A stretch of 64,000 nucleotides of DNA from Octopus bimaculoides (GCF_001194135.2 NC_068987.1:94958449-95022448), one strand, 5' to 3'. Shown: positions 39,049-51,372, numbered from the stretch's first letter. Notes: generated from the sequence alone by a model not told the origin. Numbers and translations are program-made.

Positions 39049-39429
39049 ATTAAGCTGGAATTATGGTAGTTGGCGATCGTATGTCAAGTTAAAAGGTTAT
39101 AGCGAGAATATATGGTATTAATGTGTGTGTGGGTGTCAATATCCACGTGAATGTCGCTGTTATCAGAGCCATCCTTTGAGTTTTCCTGGAAGGCCCGATC
39201 CTTCAATCCTCGTCACCCACTCCCTCTGTCTGGTTCCCACTATTGGTAATGTTGCTTCTGTCAGTCGGTGAATATTCAGGCAACTTTCCTTAGTCGGTGG
39301 ATTATGTGTAGCTTGATCCTGTTTGTCAGTTTGCTTCTGCTAGCCACCATACCGCTAGATTTATTAGCCTTAAAAGTCATTCTAGCTCATGTTACTTGGT
39401 GTTGAAGTGAACTTAGCATCTGTTTCGCC

Positions 39430-39825
39430 TCATTATGGGTTTTGGTTGTCATTGTGAGAACATCAATGAATCCCCTTGTCGGATGTTGTTGGCTGCTTGA
39501 CCATCTTTTCTGTTCTTCGACGTCCAGCATTGGTTATACGGAAGTTCATTCCATGTTGAGAGAATGGTGGACGAGTTTGAGAAAGGAACTTTAGAGCCAG
39601 CTATGATTTCCTTCTCGAGGTCTTGTGATCGATTTGTTTTGAAATGCAATTGGATGCATCTGGTGAAGATACTCTCGGTCTTGATGTCGGAGATAAGTCT
39701 GTATGATTGAGAGAACGCGATGTAGATTTGTACGCATTCACCAAATCTTGCCAAACCGTTGTAAGGTCATTTTAGTATTTTCTTTGGTAGGTCTGGGGTT
39801 CTCGGATCATCCTACAAAAAAACTT
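39430..39825 (-). mobile_element. Probable RTE-like LINE 3' fragment, heavily decayed
   Basis: SQQHPTR..LISDI..RPTK..Y.DQL-like remnants resemble RTE C-termini; many stops. Confidence 0.4.
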
Positions 39826-39829
39826 CGTT

Positions 39830-40470
39830 GTGCTGCGTCCCAGAATTCTGGCATCTCAGAAAGAACGCATCCGAGACGACTGATATCTCAGAGGACTGTT
39901 CGTCATTGAGCATCCTAGGAGCAAACTTTGCAAAAATTTTACGCGTGTTTAGATCTTCGTGAATAATTCTGTGTACAGATGCTACACAAACTTCAGACTT
40001 TATGCTTATTGTCTTTACAGATACATAATCTTCTAAAAGATTGCTAGTTTTCTCAACCAGCTCTGATGAACTTTTCCCTCCAACATCTTTTATCTCCTCT
40101 CTACCGTCCTTGAAATTCTTCTGCCAGCGAAAAAAAAAAATTGGTTGTCTCATACAAGTTAATCCATAGGCAGTCTGGAGCATTTCATAAGGTTCTGGAA
40201 CGTTTTTGCTCAGTTTAACATAAAATTTATTGCATCGAGAGATTCCAACGAGTCTTCGTATCTCTGCTGCATTCTTCAAACGAGTTAGCTGTGACAAGCA
40301 GTGTTTAGTAGGACGTGATCAAAGTCTTGTTACAGCCGTCTCCCTCAATGTGAAATAAAGGAAGTTGGTGGCAGGTCAGTTTATTTGATGTGCTATACAA
40401 GAATTACAATAATCTAGGACAGTTATAACTGCTTCTCCTAAAAAAGTTTGAAAACTTTTGGAAGGCTCTG
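39830..40470 (-). mobile_element. Third mariner remnant (5' half, HTH region)
   Basis: KFYVKLSKN..YEMLQTAYG..FFRWQKNFKDGREEIKD..VHRIIHEDLNTRKIFAKFAPRMLNDEQ; degenerate TIR-like end near 40470. Confidence 0.8.
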
Positions 40471-40755
40471 CATTGACAAGGGGCAACACCCTGAAACTAG
40501 TCTGCAGATGCCAAACCAGCAGGGGGACACTGCTGACCTCCCCTGTTCGAAGGTTATAAAGGACACAGGTTTCGTGTGTCACATAGCTAGCTAGAGGCGA
40601 TGGCTTCTTGGAGCTAATTCACGGCAGCTTTCGTCCTAATTTTGGGACTGCCATGTTGGCTTGGCGATAACTATTAATTTCCAGTACCGCTGCCGTAGTC
40701 TCCTTTAGAGAGACTTAGAAATATTAATAACTCTCTCTCTCTCTCTCTCTCTCTG

Positions 40756-40816
<61 letters not shown>

Positions 40817-41234
40817 ATATAAATATTGGTGTGTGCGCGCGCTCGGAGATGAGTAAGTGTTCAGTTGTTTCATCAATCGACTTCAGTGAATTCGCGTGAA
40901 GTGACCGAGTATTCAAGAGACATGTCTACCTTAATATAATTCTTCTTTTGAATCGGCAAAACAGTTTGACAATGCTGAAAGCTTGACTCACAGCCACGAC
41001 TCATCTGACTGGTTGGTTTTCGTGGTTTCTGTCAACGACATATCACTTCAAAGGCTTAGGGATAGCCTAAACTTTGGCAAAAAAAACAAACACATTTACC
41101 CAAGATGCCATGCGGTAATATACACTCAGGGATCACGTGACTGCGAAACAAACTGAACCCTCGACTACTCAGTGATGATTGCATCTCTCCTTCCCTCCTG
41201 TTTATCCGTCTGTCTGCATATCTCTCACTGTGCA

Positions 41235-41269
<35 letters not shown>

Positions 41270-42749
41270 AACATATACATACGTATTTCTGCGACTCTCC
41301 ACCCTGTTCTCTGCCTATTTTTTTCTTTCTATTTATTCCTCTATCATCCTCTATAGTTTTCTTTCCTTCCTTTGTCTCTCTTTCTTTCACTCTTTACTAT
41401 CTCTTCCCTTCTCCCTTTTTACTCCCTTTGTTTCTTTCCCTCATCCTCTCCTCCCCTTCCCCTCTGGTTGTTGCTTACACGTGACTACAGGCCATCTGTC
41501 TTGTCTCTGTCTTTTATGGATTGGACAGCCAGCCAGCCGGGCGTCATTTCTATTACTTCCCGATTTATTTTCTCTAATATTTATTCTTTACCCTTTCAAA
41601 ATTTCTCCCATGCGTAACCCATCACAATACGTCTTGGCCTAACGGCCCTAAATGTCTGTCTTCGTCGATTGCTTATTTACGTACATCCACTCTGTCGTTT
41701 GCTCGTTCGAGGCCCTAACCCTCCACAAATTTTATATTTTTAAAATTTCTGGTTGCTACTGTCTTATGAAGTTTTCCTGTCTTGTTAAAAGCACGAAACA
41801 GGGAGTAATATCACAGTCGATAACCGAGAAGGTGTTAGACCTCCTTTGGTAGTTTTCCCGTACTTATCTTTCGTTGTGTTTACGTAATTTTCACTCGTTG
41901 GTGATGTCCTGTTCTTAATGTGTATTTAACATTTATTTCATATATATATATATATATGTATGTATGCTTCCGTACACACACGCATACATATACAAAGAGA
42001 GAAAGCAAGAAACAGACGGACAGAGACTGAGGCAGACAAAGAAAGAATAAAGAAGCGCAGAAAAGGTTGAAAAGAAAACACAAACCATATTTCAAATGTT
42101 AGAAATGAATAGCGTATTGAAGAGAAGACGACGGCATAGGTGTTGGTCAACAAGACAGGATGACCACAATAGGCAGAGGGATATATACGAAAATTTACGG
42201 CAAATATTTAAGTCTGTTAACCTTACAAAGAACAAACACTGAAACACTTACACAGAAACTCAGACAAAAATACACATACACACACGTACATATATACACA
42301 CACGTATATACACATACTGATTCACGTGCATATAAAGGAAGGCAGCTGTACCATAATTGCAAAAGAACCCACTTTAAAACCTTTATACAGATATGAGCAT
42401 ACTCACCTGTCTGCTAACGCGCACATGCACGCACACTGTTTGACGTACACATACAACACACAAAGAAACACTCACATACATAGATAATTACTTAGATATG
42501 GAAAAACCTAGAAAGCAGTGAGAGAAAGTGTGTGTGAGAGAGAGAGAGAGAGAGCAAGCAAGAGAGGCTGGGCTGAAGTATGTTATTTAATCGATACGAT
42601 GTAACTTGTAATAGAATAGAAGAGCAAGAGTAACCATTGCCAACCAGAGTCTACAGCCAGACAGCTTCATCATTTTTAATATCTTCTGGTGAGAGGAGAT
42701 TTTAGGAAAATCGATACTAGGAGTGTGTGCGTGAGAGGGAGAGCGAGAG

Positions 42750-42809
<60 letters not shown>

Positions 42810-44585
42810 CGCATACAAAGGCACATACAACACATTTATGTACGTTTATAAATACATGCATATTTACAAAGATGTGTATGTATATATACATACATATATA
42901 GAGAGAGAGATGTATGTATATATATATGTATGTACATATATATACACACATGTGCATATGAATTTGTACATGTACGTATGTTTGTGTGCAATAAATATAT
43001 GCTAATTATACATACATGCGCACACATACGTATGTCGCCAAAACATCTATATACATATGAGTGAGTGAATGAGTGTGTTTCTGTGTGTGTGTGTGTGTGT
43101 GAGTGTGTGTTTGTTTGTTTGTGCGTCTATGTACAAACATATTTATAACAGATATAGATCTATACGAAAATTAAGATTCGGATATTATTCCATGATTTGT
43201 TGAAATGTTGTCCTTCTTTCGTGGTGAACTGCTAATTATTGTTACTGGGTTTGTTTTTCCAGCATTAATCAATATTATCTTTAACCTTATTCATCCATTT
43301 CAGGTCATTCGCTTATTCGGCCTAGAAAAGCAGTTTCAGAGGCCCGACGAGGGTTCTGGCTGCTTAGTTCTGCAGCCAATTTAGATGGTTACTTTTTTTA
43401 AACGTAGCAGATTCTCGCCTGCAGCAAAAACACGTTACTAAAGTGGCTGCCCTCTGCGCTCCGGGCACCCACAGATCCTACGCTCCACCAATCAATCTTT
43501 TAATAAATCTACAAATTTAATATCGCTCTAAAATATTTTGCTGTAACGAATTCGTTTTTCTCAGTTTTACCAAAATGGTATGCTTATTAAAAGGATACAC
43601 TATACTTATTATCCAAAAATGTCGTACAGGACCATGAACTAATCACACGCTCTCTCTGTCTCTCTCTCTCTCGCACGCACGCACGAGAATTGATTTCGGA
43701 GTTGAAAATGCACCTGGAATTTAAAACGAACTGTAGTCTTTTTATATTTCTTAAAATACCATATCGGTTTCCACAACTTTTTTTTCCGTTACTTTCCTTA
43801 GAAAATGCAAAATTATAAAAGGAGATAATCATTTCAAACGAAGAGAATGCAAAGCTAAAAGTTTCCTAATGATAAAATATATTCAAAATCGTTCAATAGA
43901 TTTCGTAGCAAAATCACATGAGGGAAATTCAAGTGTTGAAGAAGTTTCACAGCAATAGGAAATGATGTAGGTTCACAACATTAGTACATGATGGATCTAT
44001 GAAAGCTCAATAGGTTTCAAATGAAAGTTATATTAGCAAATTAGATAGAATTATTTCGTTCTTCATTAAAATCTTCCTAAGTTGTTCTGTTGTATTGTGT
44101 AAAGGAGAATTGTTACCCGATTGCTGCACTGCTAGAGCCTTGAACTGCATTTCCACTTGGTATTTGTATATAGAGATTTTAAGACAGGTTCAAGTTCTCA
44201 CTGACCCCTTACTAATAAACGTCAGTCGTTCTGGTTGGCTGGGTGCCTGAGTACGTCGTTTACTTTTATGGTTACTTATTAGTGTTTGGCCAGCGGTTTG
44301 GTTGGTTGATTTCAGTTGCTCAGAGCTCTGAACACTTGTTTTTGCTCCAAAGTAGTCCAGCATTCTGGCTGGTTGATTGATTGATTGATTGATTCTGGAC
44401 GTCACTTGTTTTTTACTAGAAGACATAATTCAATTGGTTAATTCTACGGTGGCATCAGCAAAGAGTGACGAAGAAGTATAATTATGCATTAAATTGAAGT
44501 TAGAGTTTCGACTCCAGGAGGAAAACAGTTAACTCAAGTTTTGATTTGTTTTATTGCTTCTAGTTGTTTAGTTTTGGTTTATTAT

Positions 44586-44994
44586 TCTTATTTCTTTATT
44601 GCCCACAAGGGGCTAAACATAGAGGGTACATACAAAGGGATTAAATCGATAACATCGACCCCCAGTGAGTTACTGGTACTTAATTTATCGACCCCGAAAG
44701 CATGAAAGGCAAAGTCAACCTCGGCGGAATTTGAAGTCAGAACGTAACGGCAGACGAAATACTTATTTCGTTATTGCCCACAAGGGGCTAAACATAGAGG
44801 GAACAAACAAGAACAGACGAACGGATTAAGTCGATTACATCGACCCCAGTGCGTAACTGGTACTTAATTTATCGATCCCGAAAGGATGAAAGGCAAAGTC
44901 GACCTCGGCGGAATTTGAACTCAGAACGTAACGGCAGACGAAATACGGCTAAGCATTTCGCCCGGCGTGCTAACGTTTCTGCCAGCTCGCCGCC
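44586..44994 (-). mobile_element. SINE family A head-to-tail dimer (full copy 44770-44994 plus 5'-truncated copy 44586-44761)
   Basis: GGCGGCGAGCTGGCAGAAACG A-box, GTTCAAATTCC B-box, and the tail CCCCTTGTGGGCAATAA(A/C)GAAATAAG present twice. Confidence 0.93.
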
Positions 44995-45268
44995 TTTATA
45001 TGGTTTATTATTTTTAATAAACATATTTTTCTTATTTAGTTGGAACGTGTCTAAGCTGTTCCCGTTGCAATGGTATAAAGAGAATCGGGCATTTGAAATA
45101 TTCGTTTGATGGGTAAAAATCAAAATGTTTACACGCTGGTATCTTTATCGCGCTTAGGACTGATAGCTGTTGGTAGTGCACCGTTATTCTGTGCTTCATA
45201 ATTAATCGTGTTTGTCCTGTGCAGTCTTTACCACACTCACCGCATTTCATAATACAAGTATACATATT

Positions 45269-45850
45269 GGCAGTGCGGTTAAGATGCTCGCTTTGAAACC
45301 GCGTGGTTTCGGTTTTAGTCCCACTGCACGGTATCTTGAGCAAGTGTCTCCTGCTGTTGCCGCGGTCCCACCAATTGATTGTGAGTGAATTTGGTAGACA
45401 GAAACTATCTGGAAGCCCCTCGTATGTGTATGCACGCGTATGTATGACTGCGTTTGTGTTTTTTCCTCTGAACACATAATGCCTGGTGTTGGTATGTTTA
45501 CGATCCCGTAACTTAGTGGTTTGGTGAAAGAGAAGGATAAAATAAGTACCGGCGATCTTTCGTTTTGAGTACATTTTACGTCATTTCTATTACACGTGCG
45601 TTTGTTTATGTTTCTGAACAAGATCGTCGCTTTCCGTAAACGGGTTTTAGGGTTAGGGAATTCCGTCCCTAGCCCTAACCCTAAAACCCTTTTACGGAAA
45701 TATAAACAAAGGCACGTGGATTAGAAATGACGTAAAATGTACTCAAAACGAAAGATCGCCTAAGTATCTGACTTGGGGGACAAAAACATAAGCACTGGCT
45801 TCAATTTGTTCGACTAAAACCTTTCACAGTTGCTCCACCCCCACGTTACT
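45269..45850 (+). mobile_element. Diverged SINE family B copy interrupted by a MITE
   Basis: TTAGTCCCACTGCACGG..GAGCAAGTGTCTCC..TTTGGTAGACAGAAACT..CCGTAACTTAGTGGTTTGG, resuming after 45760 with TTTGTTCGACTAAA. Confidence 0.75.
45551..45760. mobile_element. 210-bp palindromic MITE with 8-bp TSD (Merlin-like or hAT-like)
   Basis: Perfect 39-bp TIR GGCGATCTTTCGTTTTGAGTACATTTTACGTCATTTCTA. Flanks are TAAGTACC (45543-45550) and TAAGTATC (45761-45768). Inner arms are also inverted. Confidence 0.9.
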
Positions 45851-46260
45851 GACTAGCAAGGGGTTAATAGGACTGCAAAAGGAGTTTTCAAATATAAATG
45901 AGAAGAAGATAAAGAAGCATTGGTTATAGAATAAACATTAAATCTGGGTCAACGACTTTACATACAACACCACCCCTCAAACATTTAATCATATATAAAA
46001 ATCACCATGGTCTACAAACACAAAAAAATAATACATATACATAAAATCACAGAAGGTAAAAGTATATTTCGAATAAAATACAAATAAAACGGCCAATCAA
46101 AAATATTAAATATAAACGGCTAAAAATTCAAAAAACTTAATAGACAAATATAAAATAAGTAAAGCTCAAAATAGAAATAAAATAAATATCTACCGACTAA
46201 AAAAGTTTTATCAAACGATTAAAATATTTTTTTAAAAATTAGAAATGCTTTTTTAAATAT

Positions 46261-46438
46261 TTGAAAAAAGTCTTTTACTTACCTCATACAAATACGTCCA
46301 AACTTCATAAGTAAAGAGACTTCCACCGGTCAAATTCACATATATCTTGAAAAAAGTCTTTTACTCCGTCCACACAAGTACGTCCAAAAGTTCATAATGA
46401 GCAGACTTCACAGGTCAAATTCAACATTCACATATATC
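46261..46438. repeat. Two-copy imperfect tandem repeat, period 86 bp
   Basis: TTGAAAAAAGTCTTTTACT..ACGTCCAAA..TTCATAA..GACTTC..GGTCAAATTCA..CATATATC starts at 46261 and again at 46347. Confidence 0.85.
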
Positions 46439-47034
46439 TCTGGCCATTTCGAGAGCTCGCCACCGCAGTTTATTTACACTAAAGTGCAACATGGCGATGA
46501 CACTCCCACCTCAGGATAAACAGGAGACACGAACAGATCAAAAAGCTTATACTCTTTTGTTGAAAAGCTTATATAATTTAAAATAAAACCCCCCTAAACA
46601 GATCAGTCCAAATTTTCTAATAAAAAAAGTCTATTGCTAAACACTCAGGAGGCTGTAGTTAACAGAAATTCAGCCTCGCCGGTTTCAAATCCCCGTAACG
46701 CTAAACAATTTTATTACCTCTACTTTTATTTCTATACACTTTCAAAAAGGTGGACGAAAACCTATGGTTGCAAAAAGGGATCACCTCGGTAAATCTATTC
46801 AAAGTTTTGGGCCCAAAAGACTTAAGGATGGCAAGGGATTCTTTTACACACAACTTACAATTATTTATATTTACTCTGAAGGAAGGTACTCTCGATATAA
46901 TGGACCATTCTAGAGAATATATATATATATANNNNNNNNNNNNNNNNNNNNNNNNNNNNNNNNNNNNNNNNNNNNNNNNNNNNNNNNNNNNNNNNNNNNN
47001 NNNNNNNNNNNNNNNNNNNNNNNNNNNNNNTATA

Positions 47035-47545
47035 TTCTTTTATGCGTATCAGTCTTAAAACTGTGGCCTTGCTGGGGTACTGCTATTATTATCATTACCT
47101 TTTCAATAGCCATTCTCTCGGGAATGACTTTTGGTGAAGAGGGAAGTATTTGCCACCCTCTTTTGAGTTTGTTGTATTGTAATATTGGTTAATCTGGGAG
47201 TTTGAACAGCAGAAGATGGAGTTGCTTCTTGAAAACATCTACCCTAATTCCATGTGCATCTCTCAGATTTTTTTGGCAAGATAAATAGCTGTGGACCTTT
47301 GAATGCCAAGCTATTGCTATACCTAGTCCTCACCTTAGACGGGATGGATGGAACCCTTGTAACAAGGCACTGACATTCATTTAGGGAATTGAAATAATTC
47401 TCGATGTCAAAATTTAGAGCCAACCACTCTAGGATATCACAAGCATATCTCTCCCAGCTTCGTTCCAGAGAGTTGGGTCGTAGTTCTTTCAGTTTCTTCC
47501 AATTGCTTGGCTGTTCCTTTGATGAAATATTCCTGGTGTAACATC
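47035..47545 (-). mobile_element. CR1-like LINE 3' end fragment
   Basis: SKVRTRYSNSLAFKGPQLF.ILPK, then a 3'UTR ending GCAGTACCCCAGCAAGGCCACAG..GACTGATAC..AAAGAATA. Confidence 0.7.
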
Positions 47546-48024
47546 ATTGAACTACTTCAAGCTCCGCACTTAATTTGACGCTGTGGCCCAGAGAACTGAG
47601 GAGAAACTGTTCTCCATAGAACTAGCATAGTTTCCAGTTCCCTTGATCTGAAAGTTCTCAGAATTCGTTCGGCCACTCGACTGCGTATTGCCACTATCTT
47701 ACATATGTACGCACGCACACTCAAACACACGCGCGCGCACTCAAACACACGCGCGCGCATAAACGGATATATAAAGGGAATGCAGTCGAGTTGTAGTGAT
47801 ATCTGCGTACATAAATACTCATTAATAGAAACAAATCGTATAAGTATGTAACAAAAAGCATACAAATATATTCTGAGTTTGTAGAGAATTTGTATGAATG
47901 TATACGTGTGTATCTGGTTGATTTTAGCACTGAAATACGCCAATGTATGTGCTTTCAGGCAACGTATATATCAAGTAGAAAGAGAAAAGCTGCGAGTATA
48001 GATTCATGAGTACACTAATATACA

Positions 48025-48156
48025 GCCATATACATACATACATTCATACATACATACATACATACTATACATACACACACATGTATATATATTTTATACA
48101 CATACAAATATATGCATATATATATATGCATATATATATACAAATGGATATATATG

Positions 48157-48233
<77 letters not shown>

Positions 48234-48345
48234 ATATATATATGCATATACACAAATATATATATATATATACATACATACAGAGGGAGAGAGAGAGAGA
48301 GAGAAAGAGAGGGGTGAGAGAGATAAATACATACATAGATACATA
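48025..48345. repeat. Compound (TACA)n/(TA)n/(GA)n microsatellite field
   Basis: Direct observation. Confidence 0.9.
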
Positions 48346-48735
48346 CATATTCATTTAATTTCCTGAAAATGTATAGTACATAGGTATGTAGTGTGTGTCA
48401 CAAGGCAGGTGTGCGTGTTGAACTGAATTCTGGACACAATCCAAACTGTTTTCATAATCATTTTGCTATTCATATTTTCACTTTCTCTCCGTTTCCTATT
48501 TTTCATCAATTTTTCTATTTTTCTCTTTCGCTTCTTTAAAAATAACTTTTCAAATTTTCTCTAATCCCACTTCTATCAGTGTCTAACTCTTACTGTGTGA
48601 ACTACTGCTTATATAAGTTTGTGTATATGTATCTATGTGTGTTAGATCAATATTTCTTTCAGTATGTCTGATTGGAATCTCTCACTCACTCTCTTTCTTT
48701 CTTACTCTCTCTCTCTCTTTCTCTCTTTTTTTCTT

Positions 48736-48774
<39 letters not shown>

Positions 48775-49463
48775 TTCTCTCTCCCTCTTTCTGTGTTTGT
48801 ATACAGTTGGCTGTCTTTGTATACACGTCTTTAAGCTATATAGTTGAAACACGGTGTCTTTAAATATTGGTGTATTACAAGCATTGCCTCAAATTCGCTA
48901 TGTGAATTCGGTCGATTATATGAACCCGTATACATAACTGGTACTGAATTTATCGAATCAGAAAGGAGCAAAAGTGAAGCTGGCTTTAGAGTGTTCGAAA
49001 CCTGAATATAAGCGATGATAATTAATTGCGGCACTATTGTTTCTGTCAATTTACAGCCTTAGTGTCTGCGAAGTATATCTCTACAATATATGTAGGTACT
49101 CAGTCGGATATCTGATGACATGCTTGTCCCAGACAACTGGCTGGAATCTGCGACAGAAAAACCATTTGTCATCGGTATGTTTTCATGCATTAAGACAGCA
49201 GCTGCATTGAGAAAACTGGTCGCAAATAGCAAGACAGGCATATTAACAGATTGTTAGAATGAATGTAATCCAAATTTATCAAGTGGTTCCGTAGATAATG
49301 TCATAGTCACCAATGAATAAACTAATAAACTGAAAATAATCAGTATTGGAAACTGAAAGAAGCTTCTTTAAATAAACTGAGCTCGACAACTTGTTGAAAA
49401 CTACAACGAGAAACTAGCACGCCTCATTTTATCAGTTTACAAGAGAGCACCCAAATAACTACA

Positions 49464-49498
<35 letters not shown>

Positions 49499-50817
49499 CA
49501 CTACTTTTGACATTGACCCAATCATTCCTGATGCATATATGACTGTGAAACCCAGACCCGTTACTTGTTGAGCCAATCGCTATACATTCTCATAGAACAA
49601 TAATAGTAAACCTTAGTAAGACAAAATATTGAATCGTAATTCAAACAACGAAGAATTACGAGAACTTCCCGAGCAGGTTCCCATAAACAACAGTGAAACT
49701 CTATCAAATGAACTCTGCTAAAAAGTTTCAATGTACAGTGTTTATTTACTTACATATTTGAACAAAACGTATAAATAATGAAGAACGAAGCCACAATCTT
49801 TAAAGACTTTGAGAAGCGAGACATCAAACAACACATTATAAATAACGGGCAAAAGAAATTATATAAATCATAGTACAAGATGGCGCTGCCAGTTCCCCAC
49901 AATTCTTCACATAAAAATGTTCTCAAAAACACGTTCGACAACGAACGTAAAAAAGAAAACAAAAAAAGCATCTACATTACGAGTGAAACCCATTATTCGT
50001 CTTTTTTCTTTGCTATCAATTAAAACAAAAGCGGAAAATAGGCATATTTACAAAATACAAAATTACTCTGACATATTCAATAAAAAAGTATTAGCTTATT
50101 CCATAAACACCGTAAATTTAGCCAGAACTTGCATCACATATACCGTTACTAGTTCTAATTGTTGAGAATGTTCAAGAAATTTACAATAAAACAACCAATA
50201 CAGGATCAATTTCTTAAAATTTAACCCCACACAAAATATTAACACAATTGTGCCAACAGATAGATACGTCTTTCTAGAGTTACTCGCCACCGAAATGCAT
50301 GTAGAATCCTTTTAATATAAAAACGAAACCCTTGATCGAGACTCAACGTAATGTGGTTCTTTGATCTGCCCTGCAGACAGGAAATATGTCTTGATCTTCT
50401 GAAACCAGTGAAAGTGATGTTGCCTCATTGGCTCGGGTTTGTTTTTGTGTGCAATTTTATGGCACAACAATATAGCGGGCCTGACTGAAAGGGTTGAGGG
50501 CTTACACCTGATATATCCGAGGGAGAGTTACTTCAGGCAGGAAATGCTGCAGACGAACGGTGTGAGTAGAAATATCTCATTTTTAGATAAATCATATGAA
50601 AAATACAGGCTTGAGACACAGGAACAATCGACTGGTGATCGTCTGTCGTTGTGCTTTGACCATAATAGTGCGTTTCATTGCTAGTCATTAACTGCTTATG
50701 AAACTCTCTCGTAGATTCCAAAATAAGTATTGACCAAGATTATAAGTTTTAGTTACCTTTGGAACTGAACTGTCTAGTGCTTAGTCGCTGCTTTTTTAAT
50801 ATCCCTCAGTAAAAGGC

Positions 50818-50842
50818 GGCGAGCTGGCAGAAACGTTAGCAT
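50818..50842 (+). mobile_element. SINE family A 5' stub
   Basis: GGCGGCGAGCTGGCAGAAACGTTAGCA is identical to the family A start, then stops. Confidence 0.6.
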
Positions 50843-50892
50843 ACTGGTAGATCCATCAGTTTATTCAACTGATACATTATTCTATACACACA

Positions 50893-50950
<58 letters not shown>

Positions 50951-50983
50951 TTCATTGATACATGTATAAATACATACATACAT

Positions 50984-51370
50984 TTGTTGTAGGTGGCACT
51001 CCGTCGCTTACGACGTCGAGGGTTCCAGTTGATCCGATCAACGGAACAGCCTGCTCGTGAAATTAACGTGCAAGTGGCTGAGCACTCCACAGACACGTGT
51101 ACCCTTAACGTAGTTCTCGGGGATATTCAGCGTGACACAGTGTGACAAGGCTGACCCTTTGAATTACAGGCACAACAGAAACAGGAAGTAAGAGTGAGAG
51201 AAAGTTGTGGCGGAAGAGTACAGCAGGGTTCGTCACCATCCCCTGCCGGAGCCTCGTGGAGCTTTTAGGTGTTTTCGCTCAATAAACACTCACAACGCCT
51301 GGTCTGGGAATCGAAACCGCGATCCTATGACCGCGAGTCCACTGCCCTAACCACTGGGCCATTGCGCCTC

Positions 51371-51372
<2 letters not shown>
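50984..51372 (-). mobile_element. tRNA-derived SINE family C, full-length
   Basis: The minus strand starts GGAGGCGCAATGGCCCAGTGGTTAGGGCAGTGGACTCGCGGTCATAGGATCGCGGTTTCGATTCCC (tRNA-like head with A and B boxes), has a ~390-bp body and an (AAC)-type tail. Confidence 0.88.

Noticed and set aside
41800-41850. TATCACAG miR-2-family-like seed
   Set aside because: No complementary precursor arm, and the rest does not match miR-2 family sequences.
45900-46920. Possible mitochondrial insertion (AT-rich, strand-biased)
   Set aside because: No recognisable mitochondrial rRNA, tRNA or protein motifs.
50420-50470. TTTTTGTGTGCAATTTTATGG resembling a U4atac 3' end/Sm site
   Set aside because: Upstream sequence shows no resemblance to U4atac or other snRNAs, and the Sm-like site is imperfect.
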